Below, one piece after another: positions 37,501 through 62,200 of a DNA stretch of 64,000 bases. The DNA lies in NCBI GenBank assembly GCA_964035545.1, contig OZ037771.1, positions 9,417,408-9,481,407 on the forward strand, read 5' to 3'. Position numbers and translations under genes: made by a program. Position 1 is the stretch's first letter, and the number at the start of each line of letters is the position of its first letter. The notes under the pieces were generated by a model, which searched no databases, was not told where the DNA came from, and was given only the letters and a program-made list of their open reading frames with translations. The stretch is from Bugula neritina. Its lineage: Eukaryota > Animalia > Bryozoa.

Positions 37501-39187
37501 GAGTTCCGGAGCCGAAGTAGGTGGGCATGGTTTGGTTAGCTTGTACGCCAACCGCATTTCTCGGCAGAACAGAAGCATACTGGGTGTGCCGGGGAGAAAA
37601 TCCTGGCGGTTTGCCAAAATTTAAATGAAAGATATGATAGATTTTTGTAGCTTGTTCAGCTATTTGTTAGCTTTTTGGTTTTGTTATTTTTAATGTATTA
37701 GAAGTGTTAGTAGTTTACTTGCCAGGAAGACGCTATAAAGAGCTGATGTTTGTAAGTAGAATTATAATTTTGAAGTTGAAGTTGATGGGGCTCATCAAAT
37801 TTGTAGACCAAGTGGAGCTAAGCTATAGCCAATTAGGGGAAGTGGCACAGGTCAACAGTGTCACCATGCCAATAGTGGATGAATTGTGTGATTTGTTGCC
37901 TGTATCCATTCGAAAGGAGTGTATGAAGATATACCGGGCTGCCAGCTTAGAGGAAAAAGTACACCTTTTCTCTTTGTCCATGAGCTACTTAGAAGATGAG
38001 AGAACTATATCAAGAAGACTAGCGGAGAGGCAACAAAGGAAAAGTGACAAGTCCATTAGAAGCCATGGGGGCATTGCTGAACCCTCAAGCGCTCACAACA
38101 CTGACACACAGGTCTATAGATGCAGTATTCACAATAAACCTCACCCGACTGAAGAATGCAAACTATTTTTGTTGCTTAATGTAACTGATCGTATTAAAGA
38201 AGTTCAAAAATCTTGTGCATGCTACAAATGTTATGAAAATCACCAAATGAAACATTGTCGCTCTAAATCTCCGTGTACCATTTGTAACAGGTCTAATCAC
38301 AATTCTTTGTTATGCAAAAACCAGAAACCAGCAACAACTAGTCATTCTAGTGATAATAGCTCAGTTTTACTCTTGATCCAACAGGTTCACGCCGTTAATT
38401 CTAAAAAGAAAGTAGGTAACTGTATTTTTTGATAGCGGTTCCACGGGTACGTTTATCACACACCGGGCAGCAAAGCGAGTCAAGGCAAAGCATCTCAGAC
38501 CAGTTAAGTAGATTTGACTACTACTGGTAATGTAGAGTCACAACACTCGGCTTACCTCTATGAAGTTTGTTTAGCTTCATGTTCAGGAAAACCAGTTACA
38601 ATACCTGTTTTGGACTTGATCAGATAACTGGAAAAATATCGATGCTCAATTTACAAGTAATCAAAGAGCTCTTTCCTAACCTAGAACCGAACCTATTTCA
38701 GCGCCACTCAGAGGAGGTAGATATCTTAATTGGAGCAGACCTTTGTAGCCTTCATCCTAGGCAGGTAGTTGCCACGGCAGGATCAAACTTAAAAGTGTTG
38801 GAAGGTTCATTTGGCACATGTCTCCATGGAACTCACTCACGCTTAAGACTGAGTGGAGAGCAGAAATCACACTTTACACAGATCACTATGTGCAGTCAAG
38901 TAATAGAAAAAAGCAGTGAAGCACTTGGATTGCAACATTTGGAGTTTTCTAAGCCACACACATATTTGACAGGTGTGAGGGAAGCTGTGAAATGGGACTC
39001 ATTAATTCAAGGTGAAAGTCTAGAAACAGAGCAAACCGTCAAAGGTGAAGCTAGCAAATCTGGAAAATTTCCAGGAGTTGGGCCTACCTTTTCATTCAGA
39101 CAAGAAGAATTGCGAACCATCTTTTATAATTTGCAATGTGGTTCAGCTAACAAGCGTTGGGTGACTAAGAATCTATGGGTTAGAGAC

Positions 39188-42100
39188 TGTTATAATGTCA
39201 CATAGAGTTCACATCTTATTAGCTATAATTAGTAGATATATGACTTCTATGTGAATCATGCATTTCCTTATTATTGTCATAGTCAGCATCTATATATAAT
39301 GCTTGTGTAGGTATTGCTAAAAAGTTAGTTAGTTGCTAGATTCCAAAGTGTTATTATCATTTTATATTCATAGTAGTTGTACCAAATAAATCAGCATGTA
39401 AAACATTACAAGTCAGCACCACCCTGTCACTCACCATTAAGCATACCATTATAACATGGTGTCAGAAGTGGGACATGGTGTCATGGTGTCAGATAACATG
39501 GTGTCAGGATATTAGAACTGCCTGCCAGGGGTAATTGGATATGTCTGTGACAGTAAGTAATAGATAAACTATGGCGGAAGGAGGTGCTCTAAGGCCATCA
39601 AACTTTCTATTAGCAAATTCGTCACAGAATCCGAGTAACGCAAGTCGGAACTGGCTGGCATGGCTAGAACAGTTTGACTTTTATATGCTTGCTACCGAGA
39701 AGAACTCTAAGCCAGAAGAGGTTCAGGTAGCAACTCTGTTGACTATTCTGGGAGCTCAGGGACAAGAGCTGTTCAGAACGTTCGATTTGTCGGAGGAAAA
39801 CAAAAAGAAGATTGCTGAAGTCAAAGGCGCTTTCAGTAGATACTTTGCTCCGAAAATCAAAGAAGAATTTGAGAGGTACAAATTCTATAGTCGAGTACAA
39901 CAGACAGGTGAGCCATTCGACAAGTTTCTATCATCGCTGCGAAATTTAGTCGCAACTTGTAACTTTCATGCAGAGGAGAGAGACAAAGCTCTGCGTGATA
40001 GAATAGTCTTCGGTATTCATTCTGAGGCAATACGCGAAGAGCTATTTAATGTCGCAGAAGATTTAACACTAGAGAGGTGTATAGCTATCTGCCAACGTTA
40101 TGAAGCAACAAGGCAGTATCTTAACGATTTCAATGCATCAAGTGTTGATGCTGGATTCAAAGCTCACGCAATCCATGACCAAGTCAAAGCCAAGTATAAC
40201 CATCAGTCATCACGCCCAATTCAACATCCAAAAAGTACAGTACAGCCTACATCCAAGCCTATAACAAACTGCAAATATTGTGCAGGCACACATCAACCAC
40301 GCAAGTGCCCTGCATATGATAAACAATGCAATAACTGTGGTCGTAAAGGACATTATGCAAAGGTATGTCTTTCAAAGAAGGAGAGCACGGCTACAAACAA
40401 ACCGAAAGTACATGAAGTAACTGCAGAAGATCCGGATGTAGTATACACATTACATAATGCTGCTACAAATCAGAAGGAGTGGTATGTAGATGTAAAATGT
40501 GACAGTAACAGTTTGCAACTCAAAGTAGACACAGGTGCTTCCTGTAATGTTATGCCAAACTCTGTTTTTAAACGCTTGAAACTTAAAAATGTAGAAATCA
40601 AAAGCTGTAACCAAAAACTTTCTTCTTTTGGGGGTCATCAACTTAAGGTATTAGGTAGAATATCTTTATTGTTAGAATGTAAACAAAATTTTTCAGTGCA
40701 TGATTTTGTTCTAGTAGAAAAAGGCGAGACAACTCTTTTGGGTCTCCCAAGTAGCATTGCCATGGGTTTAGTAGAAACTGCATGCGCAATTTCAAACAAT
40801 GCTGTTGTGTCAGAGTTTTCTGACGTTTTTCAGGGGTTAGGTAATTTACCTTGTAAGCATGCACTAAGACTTAAGGAAGGCAGTAAGCCGGTAGTGCAAA
40901 GTGCTAGATGTGTACCTTTTAGGCTAAGAGATAAGCTAAAATGTACTCTTGACAATATGGAATCTAGTGGTACAATTACCAAAGTCAGACAGCCAACTGA
41001 TTGGGTACATCCAATAGTTAATGTGCTAAAACCTGATGGGTCATTACGTGTCTGTCTAGACCCCACTGAACTGGGCAAGGGTATTATGAGGGAACACGTT
41101 TCATTACCAAACAAAGCTTTTAGGGAAGTTTTTGTCAAATCAGTCTTAGAAGACCCTTGCATGAATATTCTCAAGTCATATATAACCAATGGCTGGCCTA
41201 GAACAAAGCGCATGTGTTTAGAGCCACTCAAGTCTTATTGGAATGTTAGGCATGATTTGAGTACACACGATGAAATCATTCTAAAAGGCAGCAATCAAAT
41301 TTTAGTTCCTGCATCTCTGAGAAAGAGAATCATAAATGACATACACAAAGGTCACTTAGGGGTCACAAAATGCATAGAGAAGGCCAAAAATGCTGTTTAC
41401 TGGCGAGGTTATACAAACCAAATAACGGATGCTGTTGATTCATGCGAAGTATGCCATGAAAATGCTAGAGCTAATGCTAAAACAATATTAGAGCAATATG
41501 AAATTCCTGAGTATGCTATGCAATCCATCAGTATTGATATTTTTCAGCTTGAAGGTGTTGAATACCTAGTCACTGTAGATAGATACTCTAAATGGCCTGC
41601 TTGTTACAAATTAAACAGTTCTACATCTAAAGAGATAGTAGATATTCTGAGGAGACAGTTTTTAGATTTTGGGCAACCTGAAATTAGTGTCAGACAATGC
41701 TTCTTACTTTACCTCACTTGAGTTTAAATACTTTTTGGAGTCACTAGATGTGAAGCACATAACTGTAAGCCCTTATTTCTCTAGGTCAAACGGACTAGTA
41801 GAAAGAATGAATCAAACTATCAAGTCTAGCTTAGCTAAAGCCAAACAGTCAAATCAGTCATTGTATGATGTTATTAGCAACCTAAGGTCAACACCAGTAG
41901 GAGATGGTTTACCCTCACCATCAGTATTGCTACAATCAAGAAATTTCAGATCCACATTATTTTGCATGCCAGAGCAGTTAAAGCATCAATGTGTTGACAA
42001 TGACAAAGTAATAGAGGTTTTGAGAAAAAGACAGTTAAATACACAGTCAAGTAAGGCAACTGCTATTCCTCAAAATTTTGTGAAAGGAATGGAGGTTTGG

Positions 42101-42886
42101 GTGAAAATGAGCCATAGGAATTGGCTGCGAGGAACAGTCATGGAACACGCTGAAACACCCAGAAGTTTCATAGTTAGGCTCCATGATGGTAGGATTTTTA
42201 GACGCAATCAGTCTTGCTTGCAAATTAGAAAAACTCCATTACAGCTAGGTTCTGGGGTAAGGGGAATTACACCACCCACCAACCTAACTCGCGTTGCTAG
42301 AGTAAATGACCCTGTTCTCAATAATACACCCAATTCGAGTTCAGTTCAGGGAACAGACAGACCCGGTGCTCCTAATGGGCATAGCACAGTGACTCGGGTA
42401 GGTAGGGTTTCAAAACCTCCAATCAGGTTTGGTCAAAATGTTTACGATGCTAAAACTTAGCTGACTGAAGTAAATGTACCATTAGAGAAATGCTTAGTAG
42501 TACACATATATATTATATACATCTTTGCTTTTATATATATCTTGCTTTTGTGAATTTTTATAGAATTCAATATTGTTATACTGAGTTTTTATGTCTTTGT
42601 TTTGAAAGCAGACAGGATGTTATAATGTCACATAGAGTTCACATCTTATTAGCTATAATTAGTAGATATATGACTTCTATGTGAATCATGCATTTCCTTA
42701 TTATTGTCATAGTCAGCATCTATATATAATGCTTGTGTAGGTATTGCTAAACAGTTAGTTAGTTGCTAGATTCCAAAGTGTTATTATCATTTTATATTCA
42801 TAGTAGTTGTACCAAATAAATCAGCATGTAAAACATTACAAGTCAGCACCACCCTGTCACTCACCATCAAGCATACCATTATAACA
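39188..42886 (+). mobile_element. Gypsy/Ty3 LTR retrotransposon, internally deleted; LTRs 39188-39456 and 42618-42886 (269 bp), TSD GAGAC
   Basis: TGTTATAATG...CATTATAACA termini; I see 2 differences between LTRs; tRNA-Leu PBS TGGTGTCAGAAGTGGGA at 39457; purine tract before the 3' LTR; 5-bp TSD at 39183-39187 and 42887-42891. Confidence 0.97.
39571..42460 (+). pseudogene. Gypsy gag-protease-(truncated RT)-integrase; most of RT and all RNase H deleted; frameshift in integrase near 41685
   Basis: CNNCGRKGHYAKVC, VDTGASCN, WVHPIV.VLKPDGSLRVCLDP, then directly GWP...HKGHLG..KC...CEVC, IDIF..YLVTVDRYSKW; SDNA and SNGLVER in the next frame; no YxDD. Confidence 0.9.
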
Positions 42887-45800
42887 GAGACCCACAAGAG
42901 TTACCTAACAATGATTATTCAGCATTGGCTACGCCAAAAGCTACAGAAAGGACTTCGAGAGAAAATAAAAATTGGGCTAAAACTTTCACTGATCAAATAC
43001 GTGACGGGGTAAAGAGAACCGTGATAAGAAAGTTGTCATCAGAAGAGTTGGAAAACTGGGCGAGACCGAAACTTTGCTTATCACACTTGGCTATTAGTAA
43101 CCCAAAAGTATCATTTACACCTGTGATAAAGGTCTTCAATCCCAGTCAAGTTCACAAAGGAATGTCACCCAACTCTGTCCTTGCTAAAGGACTAGATTCA
43201 TACATCAGCCACCTACTAGGTGTATTGCTGAGGTGGAGAGAGAGAGAAATTATGCTACTGGGGGACATTAGAAAAATGTATAACTCCATCTACATTGAGA
43301 AAATCGAGCAGCATTGTTATCGCTTTTTGTGGCGGGATTTAGAACGACTATAAGATACCTATATTATACAGAAGAGAAGTATGGGCAACTGTTCGGCGGC
43401 TGCAATTAGCACAGAGGCTATATACAAAACTGCTGAGCTTTATAAAGGCCAATTTCCTTATGTAGCCTGTTTATTAAAAGAGACAGCTTGCGCGGATGAC
43501 ATGATTGATTCTGCAGAGACTGTAGATGAAGCGTTGCAGCTGGCAAAAGACACCACATACGTATTAAAAGAGGCAGGAGTTGTTATAAAGCATTGGCATT
43601 TTGGAGGAGAAGCGGCACCTGGGGTGAATGGGGACGCAGTGGCCGATAGTGCGGCTGTTCCAGCTCAGACTATTCAAGTTCTTCGAGTAAGATGGAATCC
43701 TGTAAAGGACAAATTAACGTTTGAGACTCGTCTCAACTTCTCTATAAAAAGTGTAGGATATACAGCAACGCCGATCTTACAAGTAACATGGAGCCATCCC
43801 TCTCAGTTTGACGGGCCGCTCAGTATTAAAACAGGTGATGAGGATCTATGACCCTCTAGGATTGCTGAGCCCATTTTTCTTGAAGGCGAAGCTCCTACTT
43901 CGCGAAACATGGGAGCTCAAACTAGGCTGAGAAGATTCTCTGCCGGAAGAGTGTTGTGCTCGGTGGACTAACTTCTTCGAGGGCATGTTTAAATTACAAT
44001 CGGTCGATTATGAGCGTTGCCTGAAGCCGCAGGGAGCAGTTAGGAAACCCAACCTAGTAATTTTTTCAGATGCAAGTGACAAAGCATATAGTGCTCTTCA
44101 CAAGAACATATCCCTACTAGCAGTTCACATTAAAGCTACCTACAAATATAACTCTCACAAATTTCATGTCATTAGAACACTTACTAAAATAAAAGGAAAG
44201 CCGAAGATCTTTGATCCAGGACCTCAGCTCACTAGAGCTAACGTGAATTAAATAAATGAGAAAAGTGCATTGATCCAAATACGGCGTATGAGATTGTATG
44301 GGTACCGCTACATCCCTGTATATATCGCGGGTGGTGACTAGTCATAGCATTTTTCTATATTGCCTGTTCGTCATATGGTGACCACGTGACTGTTCCCCCA
44401 ATTCTCCAATCAGGATGAAGGCCAACCTGTGATCACGAAGCAAGAGATTCTCCCGCGTCAGTACGGACCGGCTAGGCGAACAGTAAACATTCATGTAAAC
44501 AGCTGTATTAGCTTTCTGACTAATGTAAAGTTTTCCTGACTACTGTATCTTGTATAAATAATACACCTCATTATCTCATTATTATTCTCACGCTACAACC
44601 ATTTAGAGTTATTATTGTAACTGTCTATTTTGTGCAAATTGGACTATACACAAATACCCACATCAAACCTGGAAAATATAACAATACTATTAGTATTAGT
44701 ATTACTATTACTTATTAGTAAGATGAGTATCACTATCAGTATGACAATCACTATGAGCATGACTATGAGTAGGAGTATCACTATAACATTAGTGACTAAC
44801 TTTAACTTTAAGAATAACTATTACATCTACAATTACTGTTTTAGTACAAGTGTTACTATCAATATTAGTATTACTATCAAATTAAAACTTAGACTTAGAG
44901 TACGGCTATGAGTATGAGTATGATAATGAAGATTTAATATTTTATATTTATGCGAATGTTGTATCTCCGAGTCTTAGTCTGTGCTGTCAGTAGTTGAGTG
45001 GTTTCAGTTATTTTAACTTTCACTTAGAGTTAGCTGTTAAGACTTAAGTCACAGGCACTTACTCGTAGGAGCAGTTGCCGTTGGGCTTGAACTTGAAGTT
45101 TTGAATTAACTTCGTCTCAAGTAAATCTCTGTAAAGATACCTCATTGATTACCTTTAGCAAACAACTAACTGTAGGAACTTTGAAATTAAATCTTTATTA
45201 TTAAAAGTATGAATTAAATGAAATGTTATGCATACAGTTGCAACTTACAACAAGTGGGACGTAGAAATTACACCTCAGCTGCACAATTATGGCCATGAAG
45301 CGGAAACCATGCCCAAGTAGAGTGAACGATGAGCTCTCTCAGCAACGCTAGCCAATAGACGTGAGGTAGATCACGGCACCAACTCTGATTCGTCAGTAAA
45401 AATAATCGTGCCGAAAGTAAATAGCGATTTTGTAAAAATATATGATGATAATAATAATATAACTTATAAGTACTCATTCACGAAATTGACATTTTACGCA
45501 CGTACTAAAAGTTAAACACAATAAAATAAGTTATATTCGCGAGCAATATTTTCAAAGTTTCAGCAAGCCTCTTCAAGAGAAGGAAACTTAACTAACTCAC
45601 CTGTTGGTGCACTTGTTCCAAAAGTATTGCCAAGATTTTTTAAGTTGATTAAATATGCTTCGGAAATGCTTCTAACAGATTTCAAGTCCATATGGAATAT
45701 GTGTTCTCAGAAAAGAGAATCTATGCATTTTCTTCTCCAAATCGCTTGTTATAATTTGTTCGAAGACAATTTTCTAGTGGTAGGTAATGCTAATTTCAAA

Positions 45801-46832
45801 TATTTATAGCTTATTAGGCTGACTCAATCACTGTTTTGATAAACAAGTTAATCACAGTGTTCTTAAAGTCTGTATGCTATGGTGTCTACTGTCTAATTGG
45901 CTCTTGAATATTATGACAATGAATAGAGTAGCCCTATTCAGTACCTATACTTTTTCATCACCTCATTATATAGAAACTACCCAGTCAGGCAATCATATCT
46001 ATTTGTGCATCTCTGAAATTTGTATTCAGCTTTGGTAAACAAATTTATGCTACAGTTAAATATTTTAAAGAACAATACGCTAGCATAGTTTGCTATCAAA
46101 GTTATATTTAGATATGTTATGGAACCTATAATTGACATATACAATATACAAAAAATGAGCTCAATTCAATGTAAAAGAAATATAACTATATTGAATTATT
46201 GTTATCCATAGGTTATTTTTCTATGGCATGTGATATTAAATTTAGCTGTAAGACATAAAGAAAAATATTTGCAGATAATTACAACATATACAATATTGGT
46301 AGAAAACAAAAATATTCATTTACATGGAACTGAACAATAAAAGTTAGCTAAAAATATCTGCAAATTTCTGTATCATGAAGGGATATGTAAAAATATTCTC
46401 GACTTGGCTTTGGAAATAATTGTTTTACCCGCCCCGAAAATGAATAAAAAATAAATGTTGCTATACATTCAATATTAAATATATATACTTATATGTTATA
46501 GAAATGGTTTAAATTATGCTACATATAATAAAAATTATACAAAAGATACTGAACCAGATAAAGCAAATAATGCTTGTCCTAAGCTTGCATTCTAACTTGA
46601 CCTATCTTATAAATGTTTTACACAACAAAGCATGTTATAGCTATTTATACTGCTTGTCAGCATACAAAACTGAGCTTAGAATGTTTTTACACAAAAACTC
46701 TGACATGTGGAGGATATTGTAAACATGTATACTGCTGCTCCACAGTATGTAATAATATTGTGATGGCCATAGCTACTGTAGGAAAAAATAGAATAAAATA
46801 ATAGGGTGGCTACTAGGCAAGACAGTGGCTTC

Positions 46833-56672
<9,840 letters not shown>

Positions 56673-56989
56673 GGCTGGCTGAGCAGTGAGATAGAGCCAG
56701 GGTCAAGGCTGATTCACACAGACAACACTAGTTCCACTGTGCTCTGTGAAACACAGCACATTGCATATTCCACAGATATATGGTTAATAAGTATGAGAAC
56801 ACAAAACCTTATGAATTTAGAGCACAAATTGATGTTGTGGTCAGTTATTAGTCATTTTCAATAACATATAAGGAAATAAAAACAACACATGGAGACGGTT
56901 TTTTCTTCAACCAGAGTTCAAGCAACAGGATTGAAAGTAAATAAGAAAATGTATAGGCAGTTTTACAACTTGTGTCATGGGCCTGTAAT

Positions 56990-57310
56990 ATACTATACTA
57001 AGCTGTACTATACTAAGCTGTACTATACTAAGCTGTACTACACTAAGCTGTACTACACTAAGCTGTACTATACTAAGCTGTACTACACTAAGCTGTACTA
57101 CACTAAGCTGTACTACACTAAGCTGTACTACACTAAGCTGTACTACACTAAGCTGTACTACACTAAGCTGTACTACACTAAGCTGTACTACACTAAGCTG
57201 TACTACACTAAGCTGTACTATACTAAGCTGTATTATACTAAGCTGTACTATACTAAGCTGTACTACACTAAGCTGTACTATACTAAGCTGTACTATACTA
57301 AGCTGTACTG
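56990..57310. repeat. 15-bp tandem repeat
   Basis: Unit tacta(c/t)actaagctg. Confidence 0.95.
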
Positions 57311-59119
57311 TACTATATTTATACTGTACTATACAATACTGCACTATACTGTACTATATTTATACTGTACTATACTGTATATAACTATATTGCCTGAGCA
57401 GTCATACTAAATACAAATTGTTTCAACAGTGAAGCCCATTTAGTTGCATAATTTACAGACAGATACTCAATTAACCTTCTCAATGACGTGTGGTGAAGAA
57501 GCATTGCCTGGTGCAGTGACTTACTGTTGACTCACACCATGATGCAACCAGCAACTAACCTATATCTTCCCCTACACAGTTGCATCATCAACAAATATTG
57601 TCAACAACAAACATCTTCTCATTGCAGAGAAAATCTACTGTCAGTCATGTTGAAATTATAGGAGATACTTGAGTTAGAGTTAATAGAAAAACTGCCTTCA
57701 AGTGAATTGGGCCTTGGAGCCTAGGGCTACTAGCTGAAGAGCTCCCTTCACCCCCCCCCCCCCAAGCTTCATGGAACCCAGACATCAACCAGGAAGTAGC
57801 AACACACATGCTTCCTCTCTGATACACGAGAACTCAACTATCTTGTTATTTGATGAATGGTGAGTAATTTGAGGGTTGCAATGGGGTAGAAATCAGTTTG
57901 GTTCCAACCTCTAAACTTTTATACTAAGAAAATTGCCACTGGCTAACGAGCAACTCACTGAAGGAACACACTGCTAATGAACAGTCAACATCCTTTAAAT
58001 TTCCACTACTTGTCTTTCATAACCGACAAGGAGTGGTGGAGAAGTTTTTGCCTCATTTAGATATGCTATCAGATAAATAAAGATGTCACTCCACACCAGC
58101 ATCAGTTGTTGAAATACTTTCGGCAGTCAGTTAACTGCTACTGCGGGCAACCGAGAGGACGCCCCACTCAAGAAAGACTGTTGAAATTCTGCTACACACA
58201 TGCACCCTGTTCACAAAATGTTAGCTGCACCCAACATCATCACTGCCACAAGATCAGTATATCAGTACATATCTAGTATATACTGACAGAGTAAGTCTTT
58301 ACTTACTCTGGCATAAATAACAAAGGTATTCCAGTCACTTCAGTCATGGATAAAACAGTAGATTCTAGAATGGCTAAGCAAGTTTTCCTCCCAACAGTAT
58401 ATTTGTCTTCACCACAAACCCCCTGAAACACAAAACAAAACCTTATGTAGAAAATGGTAGCACTGTGGAACTAATTGTGTAGCACACAATGAGCTTCCTC
58501 TTTTATTTCGTGCACTCAATTATTCAACATTTCTTTAAGTGATTGTATTTAAATCATGAAAGTAACCTACTGCCTTCAATTTTTTGTTAACATAATATAT
58601 TCTAATAAGGAAAATTTCTCAGTAGCTTGCAAAAGTATTTGTAGTAGATAAAAGTAAGTGACAGAAATTCAGTTACTAAAGAAAAATTGAACAAACTGAT
58701 TTCAAAAGTCCAATAAAATTCTGATGAGCCTTCAACTTAAGCTAAGATTATTTAAATCCAAGTTAAATTATCAAGTGTGATATCACAGAATAGCATAAAT
58801 TTCAATAGCAGAAATTTAGAAGGAATGAGTGTAGTGGCAAACTTGAACAAATGCTATTCTACTAAAGTTGTAGTAGTAGTGTTATAGTACTGTAGTAGTA
58901 CTATAGTACTGTAGTAGTGTTATAGTACTGTAGTAGTACTATAGTACTGCAGTAGGGTTATAGTACTGCAGCAGTAAAAGTAAAGCCACTGGTGGAATAA
59001 TATTTTAGTATTAGAATGTAATAATAATGGTCTGGCACTATTTAAAATTAGTTGAGTATAAGTGCCTAATAAACTAACACTACTAAAACTAAGTAATGAT
59101 AATATAAGTGACAGTGCTA

Positions 59120-59292
59120 GCATAACTGACTAATATTAGTATAACTGACTAATACTAGTAAAACTGACTAATACTAGTAAAACTGACTAATACTAGTAAA
59201 ACTGACTAATACTAGTAAAACTGACTAATACTAGTAAAACTGAGTACTACTAGTAAAACTGACCAATATTAGTAGAACTGACTAATACTAAC
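59120..59292. repeat. 19-bp tandem repeat
   Basis: Unit actgactaatactagtaaa. Confidence 0.9.
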
Positions 59293-62200
59293 ATGACTGG
59301 ACACAAGTATAACAGATAAACATTTATCAATAACTATTTAGCAACAAGACAGTAAAGATAGCAACTCTTACTATGTTCACCGTAATTAATATGATTTGCC
59401 AGCCTGACTGACCCTGCAAATCATTTAGAGCTTACAACAGCACATAATGGACAGTCTGACGTACATAAGAACTGTCTTAGCATTCGGGTTTGGAATTTTG
59501 CATAGCAGATATATGGGAGTGACACAAGTGGAATGATAGTGCAACGGGGACATCCAAATTATTGTGCTGATTATTAATTGTCAACATTGATGTAAAACTG
59601 ATTTTATCCTGGTATTGGAAACAACTAGGTTACACAAGAAGTTAGCTATGAGCTAGCTAAACTTTCAGGAGTACAATAAAATAGTATCCAAGGTTGGAAC
59701 TATATACACAACAATTAAACCCAAGTTTATCAAGGATTGAGGGACTGCTTGATGACAACCACCTTTGATAAATTGAATGGGAAAGCAGTGTTCTTTCACA
59801 GAGTTAGACCTGTTTACTTTTTAGATCAACAGAGATAAACGTATGTATTTTTACATGTGTGAGAATAACCTGAGCCTTCATGCATTATTGCTGTTAGAGT
59901 ATCATTAATACAGCCACTAAAGAGCCCACAGTCTGTATGTTTACGCATGTTTCTATCTATCAGTTACACTTTAGCTAAACTACCCTTTCTAGCATCTGTA
60001 GTATTGTAGCTAAAATACTGGCCTCACATGACACACTTGTCATGGGTTCCAATCAGAGAAGAGGCAATATTGTTATGAGAAGAGGCAATATTGTTATTTG
60101 AAAGGGCATCTGGTCTTAATCTTCCTTGTGTTAAAAACGAAAGCTTTCAACACTATGTTGGGGTATAGTGGGAAGCTGAGTCCTTAGCCTTGTGAAAACA
60201 TCAAAAGTTTTTACAGATTTTGAGATTTTAAGCAAATGCAAATTTATTACTTCTTCTTTGCAAAGCTGAAGCATTCAAATAACTAATTCAAAATAACAAA
60301 GTAGAGTAGAGACCAGACATTTTAGAATAAAAGTAAACTCCCATTACCCATACACAGATAAATAAATAATAAACATAAAATAACTCTATTAACATTTATG
60401 CATTGGCGAGTTTAGGGTTTATTTGATGATTGCACTACATGCAGATAAAACAATTATAAGGAAAATTGAAATGTGCAAAAAATATCTTAAAGTACCAAGT
60501 AGATAAACATGGATGGTAGTTAAACCAGTATTAGCATAAAGCAACATAAGTGGTATTACTTGGTACTAATACTGATGCTATTACAAAATGAACACAGCCT
60601 AAAAACCAAGCTGATTTTACTCTATTTATAAACGGCAAAACTAATTTTTATTAAGCATAGTAAATAAGAACAAACCTTTGATAATTTAAAAGGGTTTATT
60701 CTCCTCTATCACACAAATAAACTCTTATTGCAGTGTAGTATGCTTTAGGTTGTACAAGAAAAGGGAGTTTGTTGATATATTAATCCTGTAATAAGCCAGA
60801 GTATTATTCAAACCTGGTATTGACTTTGGTCAAAGAAAAGTAATTGGGCTATTGTGTTTAATCTGAACCTAATTACTTAATATCTGGGAGTTGCTATGAA
60901 ATATGCATGCATATCCATGATGTAAATCTAAGATAATTATTCACAGGATAAAAAAAATTTAGTATTTTATCAGGTATATGCATGTCTGATAACGTGAGAT
61001 GTTGAGTTAATTCTGAATAAAATCCTACGTGAAAATATGTCAGTACTACTTAAAATCTCTCAAGGTCATTTGGGTGCATGCTTAGTACAGTAATACTTTC
61101 AACTCTCAAATTAATCACGCAAAAAACTTAGTAAGATATTGACTTTCGAACCCACTGATTTTGGTACTTGTAAAATCACAATTTACTTTTATTTCGTCAA
61201 AAAAAATTAAGAGACAACCACAATTACCACCAAAAACATTGTTTGAAATACAAATATTATATCACGTACGTACGCACACACACTTGTGAGCACACACATA
61301 AAAATAAAATTATTTTCGTGCATACTAGCAGTACAGACAGAAAGAAGAGAAATTTCATGCTTTTGCCCTCATACCAATATGATTTTTTCTTAGTGGCTGA
61401 TAGATTAACAACAAAATAATAAGTGGTGAAATTAATTTTTATTACTACCATATGGAATATTCAATATTGATGTTCTAACTTTATTAAATTTCACGATAAT
61501 GTTTATAGTTGATGAAATTATAAGTAGCTATAAGGAGCTTGGCAGCAGCAAAATACAGCATCTATCACTAATAACTCAAATTAAAGTTACTACAAATTCA
61601 AAACTTTGAGTACTATCTGTAGTTCAAATAGTGCAAAACAATCACTATGTCATGCTGTAAAGTGTTGCTGAAAGCAATAATAACAATCAATTTCTAATGG
61701 CTACGTAAACAAACAACAGTTTTATAATATTTACTATTCCTATATATATTTTAATATCTGTAACCTTAATATTTTATTATATAATCATTCAAATTAAATT
61801 TCAATCTGACATCAGACATTCAACTAGGATTTCATGTCATCACTAAGTTCAATAATTACATTAAAACTGAATGCTATGCCCATACTATTACTAACAACTG
61901 AAATGTGAGCCAACAGTCAGAGTAAAATTATGTGAGTATTACTACTATAAGTATAACATGCAACACTAAAAGTTTAAAGAATCAATTATCAGATATCAAG
62001 TTTGAGTATTTTAACTTGATTTGAAATATATAATATATTTTTAATTATTCAAATTAATTCCAGGTTCATCAGTTTAAGTTTATACTCAAGACCTGAAATT
62101 GAAATACAAAATTAAAATTATATAAAACGTTTACATGGCCACCTTTGGTCACCTTTCACTGCTCGGGTGGCAGGATATATAACATTTGCATATTAGTTTT

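Larger units (their letters stand above)
37790..44597 (+). mobile_element. Decayed BEL/Pao LTR retrotransposon (gag zinc knuckles, protease, RT, start of RNase H; integrase missing), split by a Gypsy insertion; possible 3' LTR 44295-44597
   Basis: CSIHNKPHPTEEC/CYKCYENHQMKHC/CTICNRSNHNSLLC; frameshifted FDSGSTGTFIT; LW.RD|PQELPNN rejoined across the insertion; GDIRKMYNSI..RFLWR, ADDMIDS, IFSDASDKAY; multiple stops and frameshifts; no matching 5' LTR found. Confidence 0.88.

Noticed and set aside
37264-37624. Overlapping 117-aa and 83-aa ORFs upstream of Pao gag
   Set aside because: No recognisable motif or splice-consistent continuation; probably repeat-derived
57476-58422. Possible N-terminal coding extension of the Tec kinase
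   Set aside because: Relatively GC-rich block with splice-like ends but no long ORF; more likely 5' UTR, so not annotated
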